Positions 17,430 to 25,482 of a DNA stretch of 64,000 nt are shown here, piece by piece (the first letter of the stretch is position 1; each line of letters opens with the position of its first letter). The translations under genes and the position numbers were made by a program. This stretch comes from Bdellovibrionales bacterium (GTDB lineage Bacteria; Bdellovibrionota; Bdellovibrionia; Bdellovibrionales; UBA1609). Location of the stretch: the NCBI GenBank assembly GCA_965203095.1, contig OZ241877.1, forward strand, positions 960,001-1,024,000. Reading direction: 5' to 3'. The notes beneath the pieces were generated by a model that was not told the origin of the DNA, made no database searches, and saw only the letters and a program-made list of their open reading frames with translations.

Positions 17430-17897
17430 TTAATCCACCCAGTTAATCTTGTCTGTGTTCAATGCTCCGCTGGCCATAATCATGTCACGATATTTTGAGT
17501 CTATATAAGCATACAATAAGTTAGCCTCTTTAAAGTCTGCCCCTGTCAAGGTTGCTTTATACAAGATTGCTCTTGTCAAGTTTGCCATTGTCAAGTCTGC
17601 CCCCATCAACTTTGCCCCCGCAAGGTTAGCCATTTGCAGGTTTGTCTCTATCAAATTTGCCCCTATCAAAAATCCCCCTATCAAAAATCCCTCTGTTAAG
17701 TCTGCCCTTGTCAAGTTTGCAAATGTCAGGTCTGCCTTATACAAGTTTGCTTTTTGCAAGTTTGCCTCTGTTAAGTCTTTTTTCCCTTGCCTGATTTGTT
17801 CAATCAATTCTGCTTGTTTTGTGGGATCAACTGTCTCCGGGTTTTCAGAAAAAGCCGTCTGGTTCATTAAAAGGATAATGCTTAATAGTATTTTCAT
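17430..17897 (-). CDS. Secreted pentapeptide-repeat protein 8
   Basis: Start corrected to ATG 17897 because the track's upstream extension reads through the promoter module. Two residues differ from 5132..5599. Confidence 0.92.
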   Translation of the reverse strand: MKILLSIILLMNQTAFSENPETVDPTKQAELIEQIRQGKKDLTEANLQKANLYKADLTFANLTRADLTEGFLIGGFLIGANLIETNLQMANLAGAKLMGADLTMANLTRAILYKATLTGADFKEANLLYAYIDSKYRDMIMASGALNTDKINWVD

Positions 17898-17977
17898 TGG
17901 TTGTCTTATAGCAGGATTGTCCGGGAAAATAAAGTCTTTTAAAGCATTTTGTAAAATTTTCACACAAAGGGCGGAGC

Positions 17978-18505
17978 TTAATCCACCCAGTTAATCTTGT
18001 CTGTGTTCAATGCTCCGCTTTTCATAATCATGTCACGATATTTTGAGTCTATATAAGCAAAACTTAGGTTTGTTCCTTTAAACTTTGCCCCTCTCAAGTC
18101 CGCCTCTCTCAAGTTCGCCCCTGCCATTTTTGCCCCTCTCAAGTCTGCCCCTATTAAAATCGCCGCTTCCAAGTCCGCCCTTAATAAGATCGCTTTATAC
18201 AAGTTCGCAAAAGCCAGATTCCCCCCTTCCAAGTCCGTAGCAGTCAAGTCCGCATACTTCAAGTCTGCCCTTCTTAAGTCCGCCTCTCTCAAGTTCGCCC
18301 CCGATAAGTTCCCCCCTATCAAGTTTACCTTTTGCAAGCTTTTTCTCCCTTGTTTTATTTGTTCAATCAGTTCGCTCGCCCCTCGATAGGCCAACCCTAC
18401 TTGGGATTGAGGAGTCCTTTCCCCTTGAGTTTCTTTTTTGGCAAACTTAAGAGACTCACAAGATAAAATAAAAGACGATAGAAAAATATAAAATAGGATT
18501 TTCAT
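17978..18505 (-). CDS. Pentapeptide-repeat lipoprotein 9
   Basis: RBS GGAGGG before MKILFYIFLSSFILSC (lipobox), repeats, common C-cap. Confidence 0.9.
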   Translation of the reverse strand: MKILFYIFLSSFILSCESLKFAKKETQGERTPQSQVGLAYRGASELIEQIKQGRKSLQKVNLIGGNLSGANLREADLRRADLKYADLTATDLEGGNLAFANLYKAILLRADLEAAILIGADLRGAKMAGANLREADLRGAKFKGTNLSFAYIDSKYRDMIMKSGALNTDKINWVD

Positions 18506-18534
18506 ATTCCCTCCGTTTAAGGTTTGTTTCATGT

Positions 18535-21366
18535 TTATCTTATCGGCTGTTTGTCCGTGTTTCTTAGTCCTGTTTTCTCAAAACTGGACTTCAGTTTTAG
18601 AAGTTCTTTTGAGAGGCTGTCTATTTTTTCATTGGCTGATTTTAGTTCCTGTTTGGTGTTGGCCAACTCTTTTTTTGTTCCTGCCAACTCTTTTTTAAAC
18701 TGATCGTCTGTTTTGCTGAGGGCTTTAAAGTTTGCCTCTATTGTGGAATGAAGGGCTTTTATCCCGGCCCACAATGTCCCATAGATAGAGGGCCAGTCCG
18801 GAGCAATAGGCTTTCCTTTAAGCTGTAAGTTTTTTGGCAAGTCCTCCGCTATCACTCCCATTCTTTTCTTTTTAGGAAAATTGTCTTTATCCTTAAAATA
18901 ATAAGTGAATAGGGGAGTATCTAAAACATCCTTCAAAGCCTTTTCCATATCATTAAAGGGACGAATATTCTTTTTATAAACTTTGGATGATCGGCCTTGT
19001 TGCCTATACACACAGCGATTGGCATTGCTGTCCCAAAAAGAGTTTTCACCTGGGCATCTGTTTGTTATGGCACTTGCACAAACTTTATTCCCGGCAGAGT
19101 TAAAACCTTTTAAAAATTCACCAGACCCAGAACATTGCTGTTTCCAGCCTGTGCCTCCAGTGGCCACACAATTTAAAGTTCCATCGGCATTAAATCCTCT
19201 AAGGACTTGGCCAGAGGGGCAAGTTCCTATAGTGGCCCGCTTCCCGCAAAGCTTTCCATTGCCATCAAAGCCTCTAAGATATTCATTCCAAGCACACTTA
19301 ACACCATCTCCGGCAGACTTGATTACAACATTACTCCCTTTGATATAAGTCCCACCATTGCCAGAGATAGTCTCCCCGTGCCCCGCACCTGCTCCTATCA
19401 AAGTATTATAATGCCCAGTGATCCTTGCTCGCCGGCCGGCGTCATGGCCTAAAAGAATATTCAGCCTCCCAGAGATATATCCATCAGGACTTTGCCCCGA
19501 AAAATCCTTTTTCCCCGACCCCTGCCCAATAAAAACATTGTCATCCGCCCCGCTTCTTATATCCGCATTCCATCCCGCACTATGCCCTAAAAAAGTGTTT
19601 TTAGACCCGGACACTGTGGCTTCTTGGCCGGCATGATCGCCAATAAAATGGTTCTGCCCTCCGCTCACTGTGGCTTTTTTCCCAGCATTGTCCCCAAAAA
19701 AATGATTGCCTCCACCTGAGATTGTGGCTTCTCTACCAGCATTAGTGCCAACAAAAGTGTTGCTTGAGCCTGCTGTTATTTTTGTCTTATATCCCGACTG
19801 ATTACCAAAAAAATGATTATAGCCCCCTCCACCTGTCACTTCGGACTCACGGCCTGAAGATGACCCCACAAAATGATTGCCTGACTTTGAGATTGTCCCT
19901 TTAAAACCTGAATCTGGACCTATAAAAGTATTGTAATCCCCGGATATTTTAGCAGTCCTCCCGGCGGCATGTCCTAAAAGACTATTATCATCCCCACTAA
20001 TATAACCGCCTGTGGTAGTTCCCTGATCTTTTCTGCCGGCTTCTTTTCCTATAAAAACATTTCCAATAGCACCGGATCTTATATCCGCATAACTGCCCGC
20101 ATGATCACCTAAAAAAGTATTGTTTCCACCGGCCACTGTGGCCCTATTCCCTGCATGATAGCCCACAAATGTATTGTTCCCACCGGACACTGTGGCGACA
20201 TTCCCCGCCGACCTACCTAAAAAAGTATTAAATCCCCCGCTCACTGTGGCATAATATCCTGAGTCCCTACCAAAAAAATAACTATTCGCCCCCGTGATAG
20301 TCGCCCCCCTTGCTACATCATTACCAAAAGCGGTTGTGCCTGTGCCACCAAGTGATTGTGTGCTACCACAACCAGCAAGGGTTCTTTTGCTCCCAGTAGC
20401 CTCCGCTTTATAACAGCGGTTTTTCCCGCCGGATATTCCTATCACATCGCAAGTAAAATTGTCATAAGCACTATTAGGAGCGGCCGGCCAGGTAATGTCT
20501 AAAGTCAAAAGTTTTCCCCGGATAAAAGTCATCCCCCTTTGAATGCCAGGGATAAGAGTCCAAGTTTTTTTGCAGGGATAAGTCGTCCCGCTGGCCTTAC
20601 AATCACAACTCCCGCCATTGTCTGCTGGATTACATCTCAAAACAAAAAAGCGGGGGAAAAATCCATAGCGGGAAAATATGTTGTTAGAATCATGAACATC
20701 TAAAAGATTAGAGCTGGCTGACTTTTTTATGATTTTAAACTCTATCTCATTGCCTTCAGTCCCCTCTGCCAACTTAGCCTTTTGAGCACTTGTAGGGGCC
20801 GGATAGTTAGGAGCTGTATTCTGATTAAGCCAGCCTTTTATTGTTTCCTCACAATTAGTTTCAGTCCCAAACTGTTCCCAAAAAGCATTCAATTCCCTTT
20901 CTTTATTTATTTGCCTTTGCTGTTGGGCTATCAAAGCCGCATGTTTAGCCATGCCCGTCATGGCTATAACCCCAATAGTGGATGCCACCATAACACCGGT
21001 AATAGAAAAGCCTTTATTATTTAAAAGAAAAGTTTTTTTGTGTTTAAAATGATTTAAACTATTGAATTTACAGCATTTTTCGGGGGGGGGGGGGGTAAAT
21101 TTACCGTCCCGAAATGAAATGGCCTTTGGGCAAAAAGCTAAGGAATAAGACTTTTCAATAAGTTTTTGCGGAAAAGATTGGGATTTCTGGATTCCCGTTT
21201 TCACGGGAGCCAGAAAGCCTGGGGGGCTTTCTGGCAAGGTTCGGCGGGAAATGACTGTTTTCACGAGAGCTAAAAAGCTTGGGGAGCTTTTTGGCAAACT
21301 TTGCAGAGAAATGACAGACTCTCTCAAGGGTTTGTTTTTTAATATATTTTTCAAAAAAACTTTCAT
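18535..21366 (-). CDS. Fibre/adhesin: prepilin-type cleavage motif, Gly-rich beta-repeats, C-terminal peptidase S74-like chaperone and coiled coil
   Basis: KGFSITGVMVASTIGVIA at about residue 118; tandem ATVSGGxNTFLGxxAG repeats; Cys modules (C..GE.L.GF...G...C); SSKVYKKNIRP...MGVIAEDL...PDW..IYG.LWAGIKAL, typical of tail-fibre intramolecular chaperones. Confidence 0.85.
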   Translation of the reverse strand: MKVFLKNILKNKPLRESVISLQSLPKSSPSFLALVKTVISRRTLPESPPGFLAPVKTGIQKSQSFPQKLIEKSYSLAFCPKAISFRDGKFTPPPPEKCCKFNSLNHFKHKKTFLLNNKGFSITGVMVASTIGVIAMTGMAKHAALIAQQQRQINKERELNAFWEQFGTETNCEETIKGWLNQNTAPNYPAPTSAQKAKLAEGTEGNEIEFKIIKKSASSNLLDVHDSNNIFSRYGFFPRFFVLRCNPADNGGSCDCKASGTTYPCKKTWTLIPGIQRGMTFIRGKLLTLDITWPAAPNSAYDNFTCDVIGISGGKNRCYKAEATGSKRTLAGCGSTQSLGGTGTTAFGNDVARGATITGANSYFFGRDSGYYATVSGGFNTFLGRSAGNVATVSGGNNTFVGYHAGNRATVAGGNNTFLGDHAGSYADIRSGAIGNVFIGKEAGRKDQGTTTGGYISGDDNSLLGHAAGRTAKISGDYNTFIGPDSGFKGTISKSGNHFVGSSSGRESEVTGGGGYNHFFGNQSGYKTKITAGSSNTFVGTNAGREATISGGGNHFFGDNAGKKATVSGGQNHFIGDHAGQEATVSGSKNTFLGHSAGWNADIRSGADDNVFIGQGSGKKDFSGQSPDGYISGRLNILLGHDAGRRARITGHYNTLIGAGAGHGETISGNGGTYIKGSNVVIKSAGDGVKCAWNEYLRGFDGNGKLCGKRATIGTCPSGQVLRGFNADGTLNCVATGGTGWKQQCSGSGEFLKGFNSAGNKVCASAITNRCPGENSFWDSNANRCVYRQQGRSSKVYKKNIRPFNDMEKALKDVLDTPLFTYYFKDKDNFPKKKRMGVIAEDLPKNLQLKGKPIAPDWPSIYGTLWAGIKALHSTIEANFKALSKTDDQFKKELAGTKKELANTKQELKSANEKIDSLSKELLKLKSSFEKTGLRNTDKQPIR
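21082..21095 (+). repeat. G14 homopolymer (C14 on the coding strand) inside the fibre ORF
   Basis: CGGGGGGGGGGGGGGT, encodes TPPPPE. Confidence 0.95.
21188..21322. repeat. REP-like palindromic units inside the 5' part of the fibre ORF
   Basis: TGGATTCCCGTTTTCACGGGA, GCCAGAAAGCC..GGCTTTCTGGC and a degenerate second unit. A related TGGATTCCCGC..GCGGGAA lies at 63411. Confidence 0.6.
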
Positions 21367-21659
21367 ATAAAGACCTATCGGTTTTTTGTTTAAAAAACTT
21401 TAGAAAAAAAGCCAGATCAGGCAAAAAACAGCTAAAATCTGTTTTTTTAACGGGTTTTTTTACAGAAAGGCTCAAGGATGTAGTATGTCCTGATCTTTCG
21501 TCCAGCTTGAAAAGCCAATAGATCCAACACTTACAACTACAAGAAATTCCAAATGGCGAACTCAGGAAAAATAAGAATTTGTCTTGATTGTTCATAAATC
21601 AGGACATATCTTTGCATAATGATCGCTTTTAACCATATAGCCGGGGGGCTTAAAACCAC

Positions 21660-22331
21660 ATGAAACTCCTCATCTTTAGTTTCAAACAAAGCCTTCAAAG
21701 TGCTCCAGCTGTCTTTAAAGAGTTGAATCGCTATTTTGGCTTTTATTTTATCGGGGCTTGCATGTTGAGTTTTGCCCTGTTCGGTCTCATCAAACCTCTT
21801 TCCTTATCAGAACAAAATTTTATGATTTTAGCTCTTGTCTTTTTATCTAAGGCTTTCACAGTATTTATGATCCCCTATTATGCCTTCAAAATCCGTTTTC
21901 AAAAAACGCGACCGTTTTGGGTTTTTATTGGTGAAACTATATGGCCTGTTGTTCTTAACAGCATTAAAGCTTTTTTTGTAATTTTGCTCTTTTTCATTTT
22001 TCTGATTGTTCCGGGAGTATATAAGGCTTTCCGCCTGACTTTTCTCGTGGAAACTGTGTTTTTTGATAAGCTTTATAAAGAGGGGGGTTCTGCTCTAAAA
22101 TTTGCTGACAAAAGCACTCGTGGTTATTTTTGGTCCGTCGTTTTTTGTGTGATTTTTGGATATATTTTAACAGGGATAGTGAGTTGGATAAATTTTTCTT
22201 TTCTGCCTTCATTTTTAAATCAAAGCTTGAGCTTAATTCTTGATCTTTATATCTCCTGGTTTGCTGTTTTGTTTAAAACTCAGCTCTATTTTGAGATAAA
22301 GAAAAGGCGAGGGGATGAACTTTCCCCTTAA
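21660..22331 (+). CDS. Integral membrane protein
   Basis: About five hydrophobic segments, FLIVPG motif. Confidence 0.75.
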   Translation: MKLLIFSFKQSLQSAPAVFKELNRYFGFYFIGACMLSFALFGLIKPLSLSEQNFMILALVFLSKAFTVFMIPYYAFKIRFQKTRPFWVFIGETIWPVVLNSIKAFFVILLFFIFLIVPGVYKAFRLTFLVETVFFDKLYKEGGSALKFADKSTRGYFWSVVFCVIFGYILTGIVSWINFSFLPSFLNQSLSLILDLYISWFAVLFKTQLYFEIKKRRGDELSP

Positions 22332-22432
22332 TTTTAAAATAAAAACAAGATTCTTTAATAAAATTTTTTGTTGACAAAGCCTTATTTTATGTGAGAGTTT
22401 GCTTAAAAATTGTTTTAAAAAGGAGGTTTTTA

Positions 22433-22912
22433 ATGAAGTTTTTTTCACTTTTAATCAGCTTAGCTATTTTTACGGCTTGTAATGTATCCTCTAAAGACAA
22501 CCCAAAAGAGGCCGCCCCAGGAGATGATCCTCCTGCGACACAAGGCCCTTCTGCCCAAAACCAAGCCCAACAGTTGAGGAACATAGCTCACAGAATATTG
22601 GAGGAAATTCAGCTCCTACAAACAAAGGCCAAATCTATAGCTGATAATTCCCCCTACTCACGCCCTTATGAGCCTTATCTTGCAAAACTAAAATCCGTGC
22701 TGGATCAAGCCAAAGCTCATTACGATATAGTAAGAGCTATTGAGGACGAAGTAGAAGACGCTCTTTCAGACGAAGAGGCCAAAGAGGCTAAAAACCGTAT
22801 GAGTTTAAAAGTTGATGATATGAAAAGCCTTAAAACTGAGGCGACTCATATCCTCAATCAAATAACTGGGGTTCAAAAAAGAGGCACAAGCGGAGCCCGG
22901 GATGCACCTTAA
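22433..22912 (+). CDS. Helical lipoprotein
   Basis: AGGAGG RBS, MKFFSLLISLAIFTAC lipobox. Confidence 0.8.
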   Translation: MKFFSLLISLAIFTACNVSSKDNPKEAAPGDDPPATQGPSAQNQAQQLRNIAHRILEEIQLLQTKAKSIADNSPYSRPYEPYLAKLKSVLDQAKAHYDIVRAIEDEVEDALSDEEAKEAKNRMSLKVDDMKSLKTEATHILNQITGVQKRGTSGARDAP

Positions 22913-22926
22913 AGAAAACAAATAAG

Positions 22927-23532
22927 CTATTTGTTAAGGCCCTCTTTTTTCCATTGGATCTTAAGCAGGATTTTTTGAGAAAAGCCCCTCTCTTTATAAG
23001 TTTTAAAAACTTTTAAGGAAAAAGCTTTGTCCTTATGCCATTTTGCAGGCCATGTCTCATTTTGCCATAAAAAGGCTGAACCAGTGGGCTTTTTTAAAAG
23101 AGAAGTTAAAATTTTGGCCATTTTATCTAAGGGCAAAGCGGCTTGGGATAAAATGATTTCAAAAGGCTTTTTAAGGCTTTCCGCCTCTTGACAAAACACT
23201 TTACTGTTAAAAATTTTGGCCTTATGTAAGGCGAATTTTAAAAATTCTGCCTTTTTTCTTTTTCTTTCGCATAAAAAAAAGTGATTTTTTGGGAATAAAA
23301 TAGCCAAAAAAAGGCCGGGGAAACCATTGCCAGAACCTAAATCCAAAACAGGATGAATGTTCTGAAAAAAGGGTGAAAGAACCTCCGCAGTGTAAAAAAC
23401 CTGTCGGCACAAAAAGCGGAGTTGAGTCTGAGGATTTTTTCTGGAAAGTAAATTAAACGAAGAATTGTGCTCTAAAAGAAGCCCTTTAAAGCTTTGAATC
23501 TGCTTTTCTTGCCCTTGAGAAAGCCTTTTCAT
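22927..23532 (-). CDS. rsmG: 16S rRNA m7G527 methyltransferase
   Basis: VLDLGSGNGFPG SAM motif; directly downstream of mnmG. Confidence 0.9.
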   Translation of the reverse strand: MKRLSQGQEKQIQSFKGLLLEHNSSFNLLSRKNPQTQLRFLCRQVFYTAEVLSPFFQNIHPVLDLGSGNGFPGLFLAILFPKNHFFLCERKRKKAEFLKFALHKAKIFNSKVFCQEAESLKKPFEIILSQAALPLDKMAKILTSLLKKPTGSAFLWQNETWPAKWHKDKAFSLKVFKTYKERGFSQKILLKIQWKKEGLNK

Positions 23533-23561
23533 TTATGTGCCAAGACCCTTTCAATAATGGC

Positions 23562-25433
23562 TTAAGTTTTTTGCCTTTTTTCCATCGACTGTTTTTTTAC
23601 ATGGACAAACAGGGCTTGAAGAGCTGTGGAGCTGACCCCGCTAATCCGTCCGGCTTGGCCCAGGCTCCTAGGGCGAATTTTCTCTAATTTTTCTCTATCC
23701 TCTAAAGAAAGCCCTCGAATTTTTCTATAATTTAAGCCCTTAAGCCTTAGGTTTTCCATTTTTTGCAAACTCTTTATCAGCTCTTTTTGACGAGAAATAT
23801 AACCTTGGTATTTGATCTGGACTTCCACCCCCTGCTCTGCCTCTTCTGAAACCGAAAGACCCGGCAAAAAAGGCCTTAGATCCTTTATCCTTAGCTCTGG
23901 CCGTTTTAAAATTTCTGATAGGTTCTGTGGCTTAAAAATAGTTTTTATTCTTGTTTTTTTCAGTTGTGCTTGGGTTTTTTCATTGGGAACCAGCTTTTTT
24001 TTCTCTAACTCTGACAAAAGCTCTTTTCGATCTTGTAAAAGTTTATTTATTTTTTTATCCCTTTCTAAGGGCAAAATTTTTAAGCGATGGGCTAAAGGAT
24101 AAAGCCTCTCATAAACATTGTCCTCCCTTAAAACCAATCTCTGCTCTGCACGGGAGCTGAACATTCTATAAGGCTCTTTCGTGCCTTTGGTCACCAAGTC
24201 ATCAATCAAAACTCCGATATAAGCCTCATGTCGCCCCAAAACCACCGGCTCTTTGCCTAACACACTTAAGCCTGCGTTTAAGCCCGCCATCAGGCCTTGC
24301 CCCGCGGCCTCTTCATAACCGCTGGTGCCGTTAATTTGACCAGCCAGAAAAAGATTTTTGATCTTTTTTGTCTCTAAACTGTGAAACAGCTCTGTAGGCT
24401 CAACAAAATCATACTCCACAGCATAGCCCGGCCGGAGCATTTTCATGTTTTCTAATCCAGGAATGCTTTTTAAAAAAGCTTCTTGTGCCGGGGCGGGAAG
24501 GCTGGTGGATAGGCCCTGGACATAAATGGAATTGAGTTTTAAGCCTTCTGGCTCCAAAAAGCTCTGATGGCGAACTTTATTGAACCGAGTCACTTTGTCC
24601 TCCACGCTGGGGCAATAGCGGGGGCCTGGGCCAGTCACCGCGCCGGAAAATAGGGGAGAGTTTTTTAAATGAGAACGAATAATATCATGTGTTTTTTCAT
24701 TAGTATAAGTTAAAAAACAGTTCACTTGTGGGAGTGCTGGTTTTTTAGCACTCAAAAGGCTAAAGGGGTAAAAATCTTTGTCACCCTTTTGAACTTCTGT
24801 TTTGCTGAAGTCAATAGAATCTTTATGAATGCGAGGGGGGGTTCCTGTTTTGAGTCGGCGGAGAGGAAAGCCTAACTGAAAAAGCTCCTGAGAAAGGCCC
24901 TCAGTGGCTTTATCCCCTGCTCTTCCTCCGGCTTTTTGCTTGTTCCCAATATGCATAATCGCTCTCATAAAAGTTCCTGTAGTGATAATGACGGCTTTTG
25001 CTGGGATAAAAACATTGTCTTGGCTTATAACTCCTAAGCATTGATGATTTTTTATCTTTAAAGCTTTGATCTCCATCTCTTTAAGATCGAGATGGGGGCG
25101 ACTTTCAGCAAAAGCTTTCATTTTTTTTGTGTAAAGCGGTTTGTCGCATTGCATACGACGAGCTCGCACAGCAGGGCCTTTTTTTTGATTGAGCCTTTTG
25201 AATTGAATGCAGGTTTTGTCCGCTGTCTGGCCCATCTGCCCCCCCAGAACTTCAATTTCACGAACAATATGGCCCTTAGCCAATCCGCCAATAGCGGGGT
25301 TGCAACTCATAAAAGCCACTCGCTCAAGATTGGAGCTGACTAAAAGGACCTCTAAGCCCAGCCTCTCCGCAACAAGAGCGGATTCCAGCCCTGCATGACC
25401 AGCCCCTACCACAATGATATCATATTTTTTCAT
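23562..25433 (-). CDS. mnmG: tRNA uridine 5-carboxymethylaminomethyl modification enzyme
   Basis: [38 protein letters not shown]. Confidence 0.97.
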   Translation of the reverse strand: MKKYDIIVVGAGHAGLESALVAERLGLEVLLVSSNLERVAFMSCNPAIGGLAKGHIVREIEVLGGQMGQTADKTCIQFKRLNQKKGPAVRARRMQCDKPLYTKKMKAFAESRPHLDLKEMEIKALKIKNHQCLGVISQDNVFIPAKAVIITTGTFMRAIMHIGNKQKAGGRAGDKATEGLSQELFQLGFPLRRLKTGTPPRIHKDSIDFSKTEVQKGDKDFYPFSLLSAKKPALPQVNCFLTYTNEKTHDIIRSHLKNSPLFSGAVTGPGPRYCPSVEDKVTRFNKVRHQSFLEPEGLKLNSIYVQGLSTSLPAPAQEAFLKSIPGLENMKMLRPGYAVEYDFVEPTELFHSLETKKIKNLFLAGQINGTSGYEEAAGQGLMAGLNAGLSVLGKEPVVLGRHEAYIGVLIDDLVTKGTKEPYRMFSSRAEQRLVLREDNVYERLYPLAHRLKILPLERDKKINKLLQDRKELLSELEKKKLVPNEKTQAQLKKTRIKTIFKPQNLSEILKRPELRIKDLRPFLPGLSVSEEAEQGVEVQIKYQGYISRQKELIKSLQKMENLRLKGLNYRKIRGLSLEDREKLEKIRPRSLGQAGRISGVSSTALQALFVHVKKQSMEKRQKT

Positions 25434-25482
25434 AATATTTTCTCATTACATAAAATTTTTTCAGAAAACATAATGATCCTAT

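Noticed and set aside
17898..17963. N-terminal extension of ORF 17430..17963
   Set aside because: It is the promoter module read in frame; the paralogue at 5132 starts at the equivalent of 17897.
2300..18000. CRISPR array interpretation of the recurring repeats
   Set aside because: Repeats are separated by whole genes of variable length rather than 30-40-bp spacers, and no cas genes are present.
2300..18500. Classical integron
   Set aside because: No tyrosine integrase, no attC-like RYYYAAC...GTTRRRY hairpins recognised, and the units carry their own promoters.
2777..18505. Diversity-generating retroelement
   Set aside because: No reverse transcriptase in the window, and no non-coding template repeat with adenine-only differences was recognised.
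2777..18505. Qnr/MfpA quinolone-resistance annotation
   Set aside because: All copies have export signals and would not meet cytoplasmic gyrase.
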